From: Ruditapes philippinarum
Taxonomy: Eukaryota
Direction: 5' to 3'
Assembly: GCF_026571515.1 (NCBI RefSeq)
Contig: NW_026865402.1
Span: forward strand, 248,001-312,000
DNA: 64,000 nt
In this document: one piece after another, positions 50,554 to 64,000 of the stretch
Layout: each line of letters begins with the position of its first letter
Position numbering within the stretch: position 1 is the first letter of the stretch
Notes under the pieces: model-generated
The model's database searches: none
What the model was told of the DNA's origin: nothing
Seen by the model: the letters and a program-made list of their open reading frames with translations, nothing else
Program-made: the position numbers and the translations under genes

Positions 50554-52613
50554 ATTTATATGTTAACGGCCTGAAGAAAACCATATTATTCTAAATTAGG
50601 GTTTGTAACGACGCTAACCGTTGTTTAACACTTGTGTAAATAATCATGGCACTTACTACAAGCATGTACTGTATATCTATAAAGAATAAAACAATATTAG
50701 AAATCTTTGATCATTCCAGAATTATTTTGCTTGAAAATTAATGCGCCTGTCATGTGAACATATTTACGTAGTGATCTCCCCTGAATTTTTTTAAAGGGAC
50801 GTAACCGCTTCAAAAAAGCGGACTACTTTCTGCATTTGCAATTAATAGCATTAGAGTCTGAAGTTTCGCTACCATTATTTGTTTGGTCTGACGACCCAAA
50901 CAAATAAAAACTGTTCATTTTCGCGAGGTCAACATCGATCATGGCTATGCAGGAAACATAAAGTTACATGACTGTTGCAATCGATAGAGATAATATCACA
51001 AGCATTTATCATGCTGGGCAATTAAGAATACATAAAACTAATCAAAATATACCAATAACCTATAATGACAATATGATATAAACTCACCTGTGGCTTCAAA
51101 ATATTTCCTCGTTGAAATTTCTATAAAACCACCGCTATCTTGACGAATCTAAACAACCGTCATTTGATTGGTCGATTTATTTCTCGAAAATATACCAGTA
51201 AATTTCTGTACAGATCTGTAAGTTGGTCAATTTTTAAATAAATACAAAAAAATGACAGCAGGAAACCAGTTCCTTTTTCATTAAAACATTCTCTTATATA
51301 TTTTAAGACCTGAAATTTTACTTAGAACTGACATGCGTATCGTTTATTAAGTTATTATCAACACTTTAACACAATAGTTTGTATGTTATCATCGACAATT
51401 TGCAAATATTGTTTGAATGTTCTCATAAAATACAACATGTTAGATGAAACTAAATACATTTTTAGAAAGCATCGGAACTGCCACGGTCGTTAGGCTATGT
51501 AGCATAATTTGAATTGGCTTGATAAAAAATAATCACTAAAAAACTTACCTCAGCCGAGCTATTTTTGCCATGTACGTTGACTTTTGTGGTGACGTGACCA
51601 AAGTTGCTTACACACAGCGTGTTTTAAATTCCAGTCGTTCTCAGAAAAAATCTACAAATAAAATGGAGCTTTCATATGCATAACTGGCATGCAAGTTGTT
51701 CCTGTACCTTGTAGTTACTTTAAAACTACATTTTAATATGCACATTGACCAAAAAATTGATTGACATTACACATCAATATTTGGCTTGTTATACATATTT
51801 GTACAAATCATGAAAATCCCAATATGTTCTAAATATAGAAAATCTTCTTAGTTATGAGGTGTGATATGGGGTATTGGAATTACCCATTATTTGCTATGAA
51901 GTCAGAAAAGTAGTTCCCATACTTAAAATATAATCCAATAATGATATACAGTGTTGTAATATTTGCCCTATATTTCATTTCTAATAGTTCAGGAAACCAT
52001 TTTTCCAGAGGTAAATATATATATGTATGTCGCTCAGCAAATACAGCTTGGACTAAACATGGGAACTATTTTCCGTTACCATAGTCCATGCAAATGAAGT
52101 GCTTTTATGTATGATATTTTACTTATTAAAGCCATACATTAATATATTAATACAATAATATAGAGCAAATTCTGATATTTTAAAAAGTTTTCATCATATT
52201 GCCGACTTATCTGCAAAACCCTTGACAGACCTCATATGGCAGTAATTTTGTGCATTTGGGCAAAGTGGGAATCCACGAACATTTACAAGGTCATGTTTTG
52301 ACAACACATAAAATGAAAATGTTTTGTACCTACTGCTAAACTGAAACAAGTTTAGATTTTGTCTTGTTCACATATCTGCATGATTTAAATGAAAAATTTG
52401 GGTACTGCTTTTGTACAGAAACTACTGGCATGCTAGTACACAATTATACATTTTTCCAGAAAATTTCAGTCTAAAGCGCATGCAAAAGCTTTAAATGCCA
52501 GTCTTTTTTTAATGTTAAATGATGGCCTTTGATGCTTTTCGAGTGCAAAATTTATAATACATGCTTCTTAGTACTTTTCTTGCTTTCAGTACTAATTTGT
52601 TATTTAATATCTT

Positions 52614-53266
52614 CAGTGTAACTTCCGAATTATGGAATTTCTGAAATCCGTAAAATTCCGAAATCCGAACATTTTTCAAGGTCCCAAAATTTCTCCTTCT
52701 GTTTTCTATGTAATTAAAACCTCTGATTTATGGAAATTCTGAATTACGAATGGTTTTCCTGTAAAATTTGTGTTATATCAAAACAAATTTACTTTTAAAA
52801 AATCCGGAAATTTAAAAAGGTGTGAAGGAATATTATACTGTGCTTGTAAAATCTTTATAATTTATGTAAGCGGGCAAATAGCAGTTAACATTTTATTATC
52901 TTCACACCTATTAGAAGCACAATCCGTCAAAGCAGTCCAACACTTGAATAAAGTGTGTAAATTAAGAAACTCTGAAGTTTAATGTGATGGGGTAAAACAT
53001 TATGCTATTGTATCAACAAATTCAGTTATTGATGATAATGACATTTAAAATAGCAATAAATGTTTTAAAAAATCCTATAATTTTGCCATTAAATTTTTTT
53101 TTAATTTTATCAGCTTCATGTATATTTCATCTTGTCTTACTTAAACAATATATATTTTATGATTCTACTTGTTCAGATAATTCTGAACTTCTGAAATTCC
53201 GGAAACTTCCAAATTCCGAATTTTTTGGTTAGTCCAACAGGTGTTCGGTTTTCAGAAGTTACACCG
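52614..53266. mobile_element. Tc1/pogo-like MITE upstream of the zinc-finger coding exon
   Basis: TIR C(A/G)GTGTAACTTC.GAA, TA on the right flank, internal TTCCGAA/TTCTGAAAT repeats. Confidence 0.7.
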
Positions 53267-53614
53267 TATTATCTAAGATTCTATCTGTCTGCTGGACAGT
53301 GGAAAAGCTAAATCCTTACTTGTTAAACTAATTGATTTGAGCAGTAAGAAGTAGGTTTTATAAGGAAGTACATTGTGGAGGATCTTTTGAGAGCAAAAAA
53401 GAACAAATTATTAAGAAGGAAATGTACAAGTAGGTAAAATGTTAGTCACTAAGAAGTACAAAGTACAACATTATAAAGTATTTTCTCTTCATTTCTGTAG
53501 GTAAAGTGGAGGAATGAACATGCTACACACTGAGTTGACAGTAGAATCTAAAATATCCGAAGGGTTTTTTAGAATGAAGTTAAGTTAGTGTCAGACTAGT
53601 AGAATAAAAGGAAG

Positions 53615-56185
53615 ATGGAAAATGTGTCAAACTTATTTGAAAATTGCACTATACGTGGTTTGCCAATAACAGCCCCATTCAAGATACACTATGATGTTGA
53701 AGGCAAGGACAGTGAGATAGGGACATTCATAATTCTTCCATTCCAGGTAACTGTCATGAAACCCAATCTAATTGATTTTACGAAAACATTTGATCACAAA
53801 GTAGATCTTGACAACAGTTATTCAGACAACATTCATGACAGTTCTAATGGTGACCGAAGTTATATTGAAGATCCAGATGAGGAAGGTTCTAAAATAATTA
53901 TTAAAGTTGAACCACAGGACCATGATATTGCAGATAATAATTTTGCATCACATTTTGATGAAAGAGCATCACAAGTTGATTATAGACAAATATTTGATGC
54001 TCAGACTTTTGGTAAGAAAAAGAGAATAGTGAAGAATACACCTCGTGTTAGATATAAAAGAAAGAAAAGTAAAAACTTTGAAGACAATGAAGAGCATACA
54101 AAAACAAAGATTAAAAGGAACAAATTACATGAGACAGACTTTGAACTTGAAGAAATACAAAAACCAAAACTGGTCAAGTTAGAAGAGAGTGATCATGATG
54201 ATAATATTGAAGGGTCACACAGGAAAAGTAAACGCCTTCAATATGCTGGATTTAGACCTGACTACCAGAATGTAGAAAACAAGGTTGATAACGTTTTAAA
54301 GTATCTAGAGGGTGACAACACAAATTCAGATGATGAAGTTAATGAAGTTCAAGAGGATTCAGATTATGAGTCTGTAACAACATCAGGAAATAATAACAGT
54401 GCAGATAATAGAGCTAAAACTGAGAAAAACAAATTGTCTCGGAAACGAAAGAAAACTAAAGATCCTGATTTTGACCCTACTGACGTTTATTCGGATAAAG
54501 TTATTATAAAGAAAGAAAGTGTTCTAATAGAAAATGAGATCAGTGACATTGATTATGAAAGTGATGTAGATTATTTGGATGAAAACGACTCAAAATTTAG
54601 TGATGAGAAAAAAACAGATAAAAAAGAAAAGCTTAGCAAAAGTGAGACACAGACAAAAAGGATATATGTAAAGCTGGAAGAACACCCTGACAAGTATAAG
54701 ATAGAGACATTAGACCCTCTCAAAAGAGAAGACAGAGCAAAATCAGAGCTGGAGAGGTATGTTACAGTTTATGTCTGTACAATGTGCAACAAATTTAATA
54801 GTGAAAGTGTAGAAGGTATTGAAGGGCATTTAGAAAATCACTTGAATGGTGAACTGACCTGTACTGAGTGTGATTTCTTTTCAACAAATGTTGCTGAAGT
54901 TGTAATGCATAAAGCACAAATGCATACAAGACACCGGAAAGCATGTCCAGAGTGTGGAGTAACTTTAGGCTATGGTAGATTGAAGCCTCACTATGGTTTA
55001 GTTCATGACAATCCACAATACGTTTGTGTATATTGTCAGAAAAATGAAGGGATAGTTGTAAAGTTTGCAACATGTAGTCATCTTCGAAAACACCTGAAAG
55101 CAGCACACAGGGAAGTTTGTCTTACATGTAAGATATGCGACAAAGTGTTCATAAAGGGAGATCATTTGAGATACCATTTAACTAAATGTACTGGCAAGAA
55201 AGACACAAGTAGACAGTGTGAAAAATGCGGAAATAAATTTGCAAGTGAACCAAATCTTCTACGGCACATGGAGAGAGTTCACTTAAAGGTGCGGAGATAC
55301 ATGTGTCCTGAATGTCCATTTGCTGCGAAGTCGCCATCAGTGCTAAGAAATCACAAATATGTTCATCAAGGTAGGTTTATTGTAGTTTTATATTGAAAAT
55401 ATATTTTGTCTTGCAGTTTATTTTTTAACAATTCTGGATAATCAAGCTCCCTGTGATGACCCTGCCTTGGAAGTTCAGACAAATATCTCTTACAATTGCC
55501 TTCTTGCAGCTGCCTGCAAGTTGGGCATATCTCTGACTGGATTGGTGGATAACAAAACCACCTCATGGACAGGCAGTGTGGAGATTTAAAGCTTAGCTCA
55601 GTTCCGTGACACACCCATATGGGTTAGGGGGCAAAGGCAGCAGTGGTTATAAATAAATGATGCATTGCTATACATTCATCATTTAAATATTGAAAGATTA
55701 TTAATTTGTTTACGAAATGAAGTAAATAATATATAAAACATACAATTACTTTTTCTATGTTTCCAGGAGTACATCCATATCAGTGTGACCAGTGTTCATT
55801 CACATGTGTCCAGGCCTACCAGCTAGTTTCCCATATGCGCACACATACAGGAGAAAAACCATACAAATGTACACAATGTAAATATGCTGCAGCCTGGAAT
55901 GTTCAACTAAAGGAACATGTCAAAGTTCACAGTATGTCGACAGCTGTCATGTGTCCAAATTGTGAAATATTGTTCAAAAACGACAAGACGCTTCATATTC
56001 ACTTAAAAAAGCAAAAATGTACCATAAATGAGGTGTTATTAATATGTAAAAGAGAAAAGGGAAATAATAATTTTTACTTACTTTTGAACTACAGACTTTC
56101 AAAAAGGGTAATTTCAAAGTGTTTATTAAGCTTGCAAATTGCTGTTAGGTTCTTTAAAGCAAAATGGTTTATTTATGGGGCATGA
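53615..56185 (+). CDS. C2H2 zinc-finger protein (acidic N-half, about 10 C-terminal fingers)
   Basis: Exons 53615-55370 (CAAG|gtaggt) and 55767 onward (ttccag|GA), phase 1, joining HKYVHQ-G-VHPYQC. HTGEKPY linker present. 5'UTR acceptor at 53500. The true stop is uncertain because the sequence degrades after about 56010. Confidence 0.9.
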
Positions 56186-57582
56186 GGAGTTTGGGAAAAA
56201 ACAGTCATTTTTTTTATTAGAATTAAATTTGGTTTGGTTTGACCTACAATTTTCTTTAGAGGATCCATTTTTTTTTATAAGGGTTGCTTGTGAACAGGGT
56301 TTTTGATGTTTTTTTTTGTGGTTTATTTTTGAAAAAATACAATTGTTTTTGTTAAAATTTTAGGAAATTTTGTAAAAATTTTTTGTTATAACAAGTTTAT
56401 TAAATTTGTTTGCATATTAAAACAAACTTTTTTGTATTTTTTTTGTGGTTTTTCTTTTAAAAAACAATTTTTTTTCTTTTGCATTTAAAATGTTTTTTTT
56501 GCATTTAAAATGTTAGGAAATTTTATACAATTTTTGTATTTGTTATGTTTAAATTAAAACTTAATATAATTGTTATGTATATCAATTTTGTATATACAAT
56601 GTACATTTTATATGTGATTCTTTGAACAATTGTTAAATGTAGTACATTTAAACACTTATCTAGCTAGTTTAATTGGATGGGAAGTAGAAATTTTTAAAGT
56701 AGTGTTCACTTTTTAGATAATGTATAGTAGGGGTGTTACGTTTATTCGTTTAAACGGGTTCGGCCTGGTTTTTAGCCAAAAAAATCGGTTAGAAATTTCA
56801 ATAACCAAAGTTAGTATAAGACCAGCAGCTGAAGAAATTTTAGATTGATTTTAAACATTACATTTGTTTCTTTATGGCACGATATGACAGCTTGTTTTTT
56901 TTTTTTTAAATGTATTTTTGTCCGATTGCAAGCTATCTTATGTGTATGGTACGACAGTGACTCCAGTGACACCCCTAATGTATAGTAAAGTTTTACTTTA
57001 TATATCTGTTTGTTATCATGTCATGTGAAGGTGATTTTATTTTATCTTTAACCATTGTATTATTTTATTGTAATTTTATCAAGCAAACTTTGTACATTTA
57101 CCAAATCTTTATATTAAAAAAAAATAAAATAAAAAAATGCTAGTACAATGTATATTGTGCTTTGTAAGCAAGATTTTTCTAATTTTATAGTTTATATTCA
57201 CTTCCTATTCCTGAATTCTTATAGTATTTGATAATGCCTTAATAAATGCCACAACATTTACTTCAACCCTGGCAGTAACTATTTCTGAAAGGAGTTTATC
57301 AAATTACTCCTGTATATCAACTAAAAATATTTTGCCATTGTATCAGATGTATTATGTATACTTTTTTCTAATGATATTGATTTTCTAAGTAAAAGGCTTT
57401 GTTTGTCCTCTACAATATATTTGCTGTATTATTTTCTTCTCTTGAGTATTTTTCCTACATATTTTTTAATTAAGTGATATATATATGGTTTTTAACTTTT
57501 ACACTTCATAATACTTTTTGTATTTGTTTTTATTGATATATCAACAATCATCGTATTTAGCACTGGCACGGTGGCCTATTAA

Positions 57583-57896
57583 CCCTTTCACTGCCATAGG
57601 GACGGCTTATACCGTCCCTGTTATTTTCGGCGTATTTGCCATATGGACCGCTTTTGCCGTTTCTTTAATAATAATGATAATAATAAATTAATAATAATAA
57701 AAATAATAATAAATATAAAGAAAATTATACAATCAACAATTATTATTATTATACTAACAGATTTGGAAACATATAATTATTATAATACTAATAACAAATA
57801 ATAATAATTATATTAATCAATAATATAGTAATTTCTTAGAAAACCCTCTGGCAAATAGGTGATCTATAAAACAATAACCTTCTGGCAGTGAAAGGG
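57583..57896. mobile_element. piggyBac-like MITE with TTAA TSD
   Basis: TTAA|CCCTTTCACTGCCA ... TGGCAGTGAAAGGG|TTAA, with an (AAT)n-rich centre. Confidence 0.85.
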
Positions 57897-59226
57897 TTAA
57901 ATTAGTTTGGGCCAGTGTAAATTTTAAGAAAATTGAGTTGAATAAATAGTAGAATAAATTCAAATCTGGAATTCGGGCCAGTAAATTCAAAATTTTAATT
58001 CATTGACTGTATCAAAATCCTTTTGGTTGAAGGATTTAAATTTTAGTTCATTTATGTGTTCATAAAATGTGAGTTGTGTATTTTATATTTCTATCGTTTA
58101 AAATTTATGATAAGATACTACTTTGTTATGGATATATTTAAAGCATTTTATCATACATGTATCAAGATTTTTTTTTTTCTAGAGATATTTTTTTCCCATT
58201 CATATTGTATATAATTTGTTTATTCTTATTCTCTTTTTATAAGCTCTTCTATTTCAAGGAAAACAAGGCTATGTCATTAATGTTGCCCATCATTCAAACA
58301 TTTTAAAAGTTGTCAAGACGTAACTTGGAATACTTGCTTATTATGACAAGGTGCAGTTGTTGTGAGATATGGGGCATAATTCTTATTTTTGGAGTTATGC
58401 CCCTTTTTAACTTAGAAATTTTATCAAAAATGGTTATTTTACATGTATTCTTTGCTGCTAGCAGACAAACGTTAACACTGCATGCTGTGCTCTTGTAACT
58501 TAGAATTTTTATCAAAAATGGTTATTTTATATGTATTCTTTGCTGCTAGCAGCATGCTGTGCTCTTGTTAACTCACCCGAGCTGGCTCAGGGTCAGCTTT
58601 TAGGATCATTGAATGTCCTAGTCCTTCATCCATCCACATTTAGTTTGTTAACACTCTAGTGGTCACATATTTGCCTCAGTTGTCACTTAACTTGGTTAGG
58701 TTGCTCGCACCAGTAATTACTTATACAAGTTAAAACATTTGTTGTTGTTTCTTCGGAATAAAAAATAGGTCAGAGGTTTAAAAAAATTGAAAAAAATCTT
58801 GTTAGCACTTAATTCGCTACTGTTTCAGTCCAAATACATTTTGTATCCTAGAAATTGGTCAGAAAGGTTGCTTCTTCGACTTCTAGGTCATGTTTGTATA
58901 AGGGTCATCTTAAGTAAAAAAAAAATACTTCACACAGCCTAAATTAAGGAAAACCAAGGTAATAAATATTATTGTCTCTTGTCATAAGAGCTTTAATAAC
59001 CCAGGTGAGCGATATAAGGACCATCATGGCTCTGTTGTGTAACAAAGAGTCTGAATTACATTCATGTAATTATCTTTTAGTGCTGAGATAGTTATGTGAT
59101 GATGTATAGAGAATAATACATTAGTGCTATTGTAACGGGTTGATTGTGTAAGGTTGTGTTCTCATAAGCCTACAAGGCATTTAGTATATACCTTATGTAA
59201 AATGTGGACAGAAAATGTAGAACAAA

Positions 59227-59463
59227 TGAGCCGTGTCACGACAAAACCAACATAATGAGTCTGGGACCAGCATGGATCCAGACCAGCCTGCACATCCGTG
59301 CAGTCTGATCAGGATCCTTGCTGTTCGCTTACCAATCCTATTACATGTAGAAAAACTGATAGCGAACAGAATAGATCCTGATCAGACTGCGCGGATGCGC
59401 AGGCTGGTCTGGATCCATGATGGTGGCAAACGCACTATTTTGGTTTTGTCGTGACACAGCTTA
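59227..59463. mobile_element. Palindromic MITE, copy 2
   Basis: Same family and length as 13256-13492. Confidence 0.88.
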
Positions 59464-59705
59464 AATAAAGAATAGGCTTGACACTATGATATAAATATGT
59501 TGTTATGGAAGGTGTATTAAGCGTTTGAATAGAGGGTTTATACACTATTTTTCATGCATTTACATTTGCAGAAGCACAAGAATGAATTTAAAGCCTAGCC
59601 CACAGGTCGAAGGATGTTATAAAATTCCAGAGGTTCTGAATATGTAAATTCAAGAGAAAAGTTGCATTAGTGCTTTTCTTGCATAAAATTTTTTGTCTGA
59701 TATGG

Positions 59706-59910
59706 TGGGGCATCCATAGCTGAGTGTTTAAAGTTGTTTACTTTAAACCACCTGCTTCTCACCGTTTTAGGTTTGAATCCTACTAGGGACTTAAGATTCT
59801 ACCATGTCAGGAAGCTATCCAGCTACATTATGGAACATGGGTGATTCTACTTCTGCCAGAAATAATGTACAGAGGGGCAACTGATGCTTCCTCCATCAGT
59901 AAAGTTGAAA
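59706..59910 (+). mobile_element. tRNA-derived SINE with A/B-box head
   Basis: GGGGCATCCATAGCTGAGTG...GGTTTGAATCC head, followed by the core shared with 15169 and 60445. Confidence 0.65.
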
Positions 59911-61228
59911 ATATTTGCAATTGACATTCACAGTCACAAAACTCTATAAAATTTCAAATTGAAACATGTAAATTGCTAATAGGTCAAAAAAGGGGAAAAA
60001 CAATGATTATAAAATACACTGAAATACATGTAGGTAATAACAATGCAAATTTAACCAATGACCTATGTTATTATCAAAATATAATTAGACTAACAAATAA
60101 ACATACATACCGGAATTTTTGACCAATTAGTAATTTACATGTATCAATTAAAAATTTTATAAAGTTTTTTTGCAAAACAAGAATTTTACTTTATTTTGGA
60201 AAAAAAATCAGAAAGATATAATGACAGACCTGAAAGAGAAATGTGTCGCAATTATTGTAAAAATATTTTTAATTGTTAGATATTTTATATATTGGTAAAT
60301 TATAACTATAAATAACTGCCATATATGTTATTAGTTTATGGTGTTTGTAAAAATATATACAGATATTGTAGTTATAAATTGGGTTGTTTTATCTATTTCT
60401 CCTCAACTCAAACTGGTTAAGTTAGTTAGATGTAGATTTTCAATTCATTAAAGTGTGAAAGCTATCCAGCTAGCTTTCGGAAAGTCTGTGATTCTCCCAG
60501 GTGCCTGCTTATGCCTGAAATAATGAACAAAGAGGCACCTGAGGTCTTCCTACACCAGGAAAGCTGAAAAGTCACCTATGACCTCTACTGTTTTGGTGTG
60601 ACTTAAAAGCAAACCCAAACAAATAAAATAGATGTACACAGTAGATGATTTTAAACCACACAGATCATTAAGAAAGAAAGAAAATAAAGCATCCTATACA
60701 ATTCAGTTTCTGTCTTGAAACAATGATGGATTATTTTCCCCAGAATCAACATGCAACTTGGGTAGCATAGCAGTACAATATAATTTTGTTGAAAAATCAG
60801 CAGTTACTTCAGGAAAACCTGGATTATACTGATATGAAATACTTCTGAAATAACATCTCCTAATCCCTTCACTGATTACAAGAAACGTATACTTGTTCTA
60901 CTTGTAGAATCATCTAACTACATTCAGTCAAATGGTTACTACAAAAGACATTTCTATATTTCTTTCCCCTTTTTAGTACACCTAAGCATAAAGTGTTTAC
61001 ATGTGATCGAGCTTTTGTGATAACATGACGTCTTGCATACACTGAAGTGCTTCAATATCTGAAATTTCCTCAAAAGAAAAACATTTTCTTTTTTTGTCAC
61101 ATGGAAGATTTAACAAACTTAACAGCAATCTTCCTCAGCCCTCTACAAAAGTTATATAAATGGTTCCAGTTTTATGCAAAAGTAGAATAAAAGAGCGGTA
61201 AAATAGACATAAATATGAAAATAACTCT

Positions 61229-62575
61229 AACAAGAGCTGTCACAGGAGACAGCGAAGCTCGACTAATAAAATACTGGACGCAGTAAGGAGGACAAAACTA
61301 TGAAAGAAAAATCAATTATGTATAATCATGTATTAAGTTATAGTAAAAAAATAATATTTGTTAACATAAATTCAAAGATCAAGGGGAATAATTCTAGAAA
61401 TAGTCATGCTAGAGTTATGGACCTTGTCAAACAACATTTGTGTAATGATAAGAAATACATTTGAAGTTTGAAGTAGATACCTTAAAAAGTAAAGAAGTTA
61501 TTATATTTCTTAAAGAAAATCCTAAGTTCAAAGAGAGATAAATGTGTAAATATTACTTCAAGAGTTATGAACATTGTCACATTAAATGTAATTGATGATA
61601 AGGAATAAGTATTTGAAGTTTGAGGTAGATACCTTTAAAAATAAAAAAGTTATAATAAAAAATAAAATTTTTCTAGTAAAAAAATCTAAGTTAATTGGGA
61701 GATAATTCTTGCAATATTGGTGCTAGAGTTATGAACCTTGTCACATAAGATGTGGATGATGATAACGTAAATATATTTGAAGTATGAAGTTGATCCCTTT
61801 AGAAATAAATAAGTAACAGTAAAGAAAATATTTTTTATGGAAAATTCAAAGGGAGATAAATCTGAAAATATTGGTGCTAGAGTTATGAACCTTGTCACAT
61901 AAGATGGGGATGATGATAACATAAATATATTTGAAGTATGAGGTTGATCCCTTAAGAAATAAAGAAGAAACAGTAAGAAATAGTACTTTTTGAAGAAAAT
62001 TCTAAGTTCAAGGGGAGATAAATCTGAAAATATTGGTGCTAGAGTTATGAACCTTATCACATAAGATGGGGATGATGATAAGGTACATATATTTGAAGTA
62101 TGAGGTTGATCCCTTAAGAAATAAAGAAGTAACAGTAAAAAATAGTATTTTTTAAGGAAAATTCTAAGTTCAAGGGGAGATAAATCTGAAAATATTGGTG
62201 CTAGAGTTATGAACCTTGTCACATAAGATGGGGATGATGATAAGGTACATATATTTGAAGTATGAGGTTGATCCCTTAAGAAATAAAGAAGTAACAGTAA
62301 AAAATAGTATTTTTTAAGGAAAATTCTAAGTTCAAGGGGAGATAAATCTGAAAATATTGGTGCTAGAGTTATGAACCTTGTCACATAAGATGTGGTTGAT
62401 GATAAGGAACATATATTTGAAGTTTGAAGTTGATACCTTAAGAAATGACAAAGTTATAGTGAAAAATATTTTACTGCACCAAAACTTTAATCTAAAATCT
62501 GGACGCGGACGCCGACGCCGACGCCGGGGCGAGTAGGACAGCTCTCCATATACTTCGTATAGTCGAGCTAAAAAA
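61229..62575 (-). mobile_element. HINE-like element with 162-bp tandem array
   Basis: GATAAATCTG at 61855, 62017, 62179 and 62341 (period 162). Sub-terminal IR AGCTCGACTA/TAGTCGAGCT and (GACGCC)n microsatellite. Confidence 0.85.
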
Positions 62576-62930
62576 TCTTCAATGCCAAGAGCTTCGTCAT
62601 GTTCGTAGTCGTCTGCTAAAGTTATGTAAATTATTCCACTGGTGTATAGGGAAATACATTCAAATCTGCGTAGCCAAGAGCATGAAGTATTATCTTAGAA
62701 GCATGGTGGACTTCTCCAGAAGTTGTATAAATCATGCCTGCAACGAAGCAGGTTTTGAAAATAGAAGAGCATTACTGTAAAAGAGATTTCATTTATAAAT
62801 AATACATGCATGTACACAAAAAAGTAAATAATAAGTAATAAATAATAAGTAACAATGCAAATAAATGATGTCCCTCCGAAACGTCCGTTGAAATTATGAA
62901 TAACCCAACACTAGCGTAAAATTTGGATAT

Positions 62931-62960
62931 GATCACGTGATTCTCTACTTTCGTTTCCGC
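62931..62960. promoter_or_regulatory. E-box plus IRF/Ets-IRF-like element about 90-115 bp upstream of ATG 63048
   Basis: ATCACGTGAT followed by ACTTTCGTTTCC (rc GGAAACGAAAGT). Confidence 0.45.
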
Positions 62961-63047
62961 TATTAAACATAAAACTTGTATTGAACGTTGGAACGTTTTG
63001 TTTCTTTATTTCAATTTAAATATGTGATGTAGAAACTATGTAGATTA

Positions 63048-63240
63048 ATGATGGCTTCAAGTGAAGTATTCAGTCAATGTGTATTAATTATCGGTTTACC
63101 CGATACGTTTAGAATAAATGATGTATCCAAGACGCTACAGAGACATTTGAAAGAAGGCCAGGCAATAGTTGATACCGATTGTGAGCTCGGGACCCCGGGG
63201 ACACCAAGCAAATGGGTCATTCAACTCAATTCACGGGAAG
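63048..63240 (+). CDS. First coding exon of a gene with a probable degenerate RRM-like N-terminus (PARP14/IFI35-type, tentative)
   Basis: ATG in a CpG-richer open frame ending GAAG|gtaaac. CVLIIGLPD...LQRHL.....IVD....WVIQLNSRE resembles an atypical RRM. Downstream exons lie outside the window. Confidence 0.6.
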
Positions 63241-63715
63241 GTAAACTTTTTGATTATATTTGTATTATTAGTGTATTTTATTTTTACCGTAAATGGTGAC
63301 GTTAACCAGGAAGTAGAATAGGAAGGAATGTACATCATAAGACAAAAACGCCTTTTCTAGAAATAATTTATTTAATTATATTCATACAATAGTAGTCATC
63401 TAAAATTTCATAGTAAAAACTAACATTATGTCATCGGTACAAAATGATTGAAATGATTGAAAAGGGATTTCACGGTATAGGTCTAATTAATAATTATCTA
63501 CTTTCGTTTTTGATTCTTTTTTCCCCTGCCCATTCAATATGATATTATGCATGTATAAAGACGCAGAGCCCGAACATATTTAAATTTCTTTTTTGTTCTT
63601 TTTAAATTTGTATTTGGACCCAGATATAACAATTGCGCCGGCAATTTAATTTGCCATTGTGTTAGCAGTAAGTGTTACAGTAGTTAGGCAATTTTATTTG
63701 TCACGTGCGGTTTAA

Positions 63716-64000
63716 CCCAGCAAACACCCGACGTTGACCCAACGTTGGATCAACGTTGAAATTTGGTCGCGACGTCGGTGACCTTCATACAACGTCAAAT
63801 AGACGTTGAATCCCCGACGTCTAACAGACGTTTTATTTTGACGTCGACACGACGTCGGGTTTTGGTCGGTAATCTGACAATAGGTGAATTTAATTTATGA
63901 AACCAATATATATATAAATGAAAGCATAAACAGCGAGAATTTTAAGTTTAAGTTTAGAAAGGGAACATTATATATTTATTTTCTCCATCAAAACAACAGT
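63716..64000 (+). mobile_element. Left end of a CACTA/EnSpm-like non-autonomous element, cut by the window edge
   Basis: CCCAGCAAACAC start followed by dense GACGTT/AACGTC sub-terminal repeats (63728-63860). The right end is not visible. Confidence 0.55.

Noticed and set aside
56010-56520. Hydrophobic C-terminal extension of the zinc-finger protein and T-rich repeat
   Set aside because: It coincides with a homopolymer-inflated low-quality stretch, so the real stop cannot be read.
61686-62384. 232-aa ORF with 54-aa repeats
   Set aside because: It results from a stop-free frame through the 162-bp (54-codon) monomer of a HINE array. It has a non-ATG start and no domain.

Overview
AT-rich, intron-containing animal DNA. 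The repeat landscape (Helentron-type elements with TGACCT-rich arrays, palindromic MITEs, tRNA-derived SINEs) looks like a bivalve mollusc; this is an inference. I built gene models by hand from GT-AG boundaries and phase continuity: UBR7 exon 1 (-), a stand-alone PPC/DUF296 gene (+), an intronless ankyrin + SOCS-box ORF about 300 bp behind it (+), a 4-exon coiled-coil + death-domain gene (-), a 10-exon MOCS1 locus with the MOCS1A stop / MOCS1B fusion splice switch (+), an intronless iduronate-2-sulfatase-like gene (+), a C2H2 zinc-finger gene (+) and the first exon of an RRM-like gene flanked by twin IRF-type motifs (+). Non-autonomous DNA transposons fill the introns, including a hAT remnant with a 5-bp TSD nested in a Helentron-type element whose empty copy is also in the window. 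Stretches at about 36.0-37.9 kb and 56.0-56.5 kb look like unpolished long-read consensus. There is no CRISPR array or prokaryotic system. The best candidates for new biology are the PPC/ankyrin-SOCS tandem, the death-domain protein with its UTR elements, and the IRF-flanked gene.
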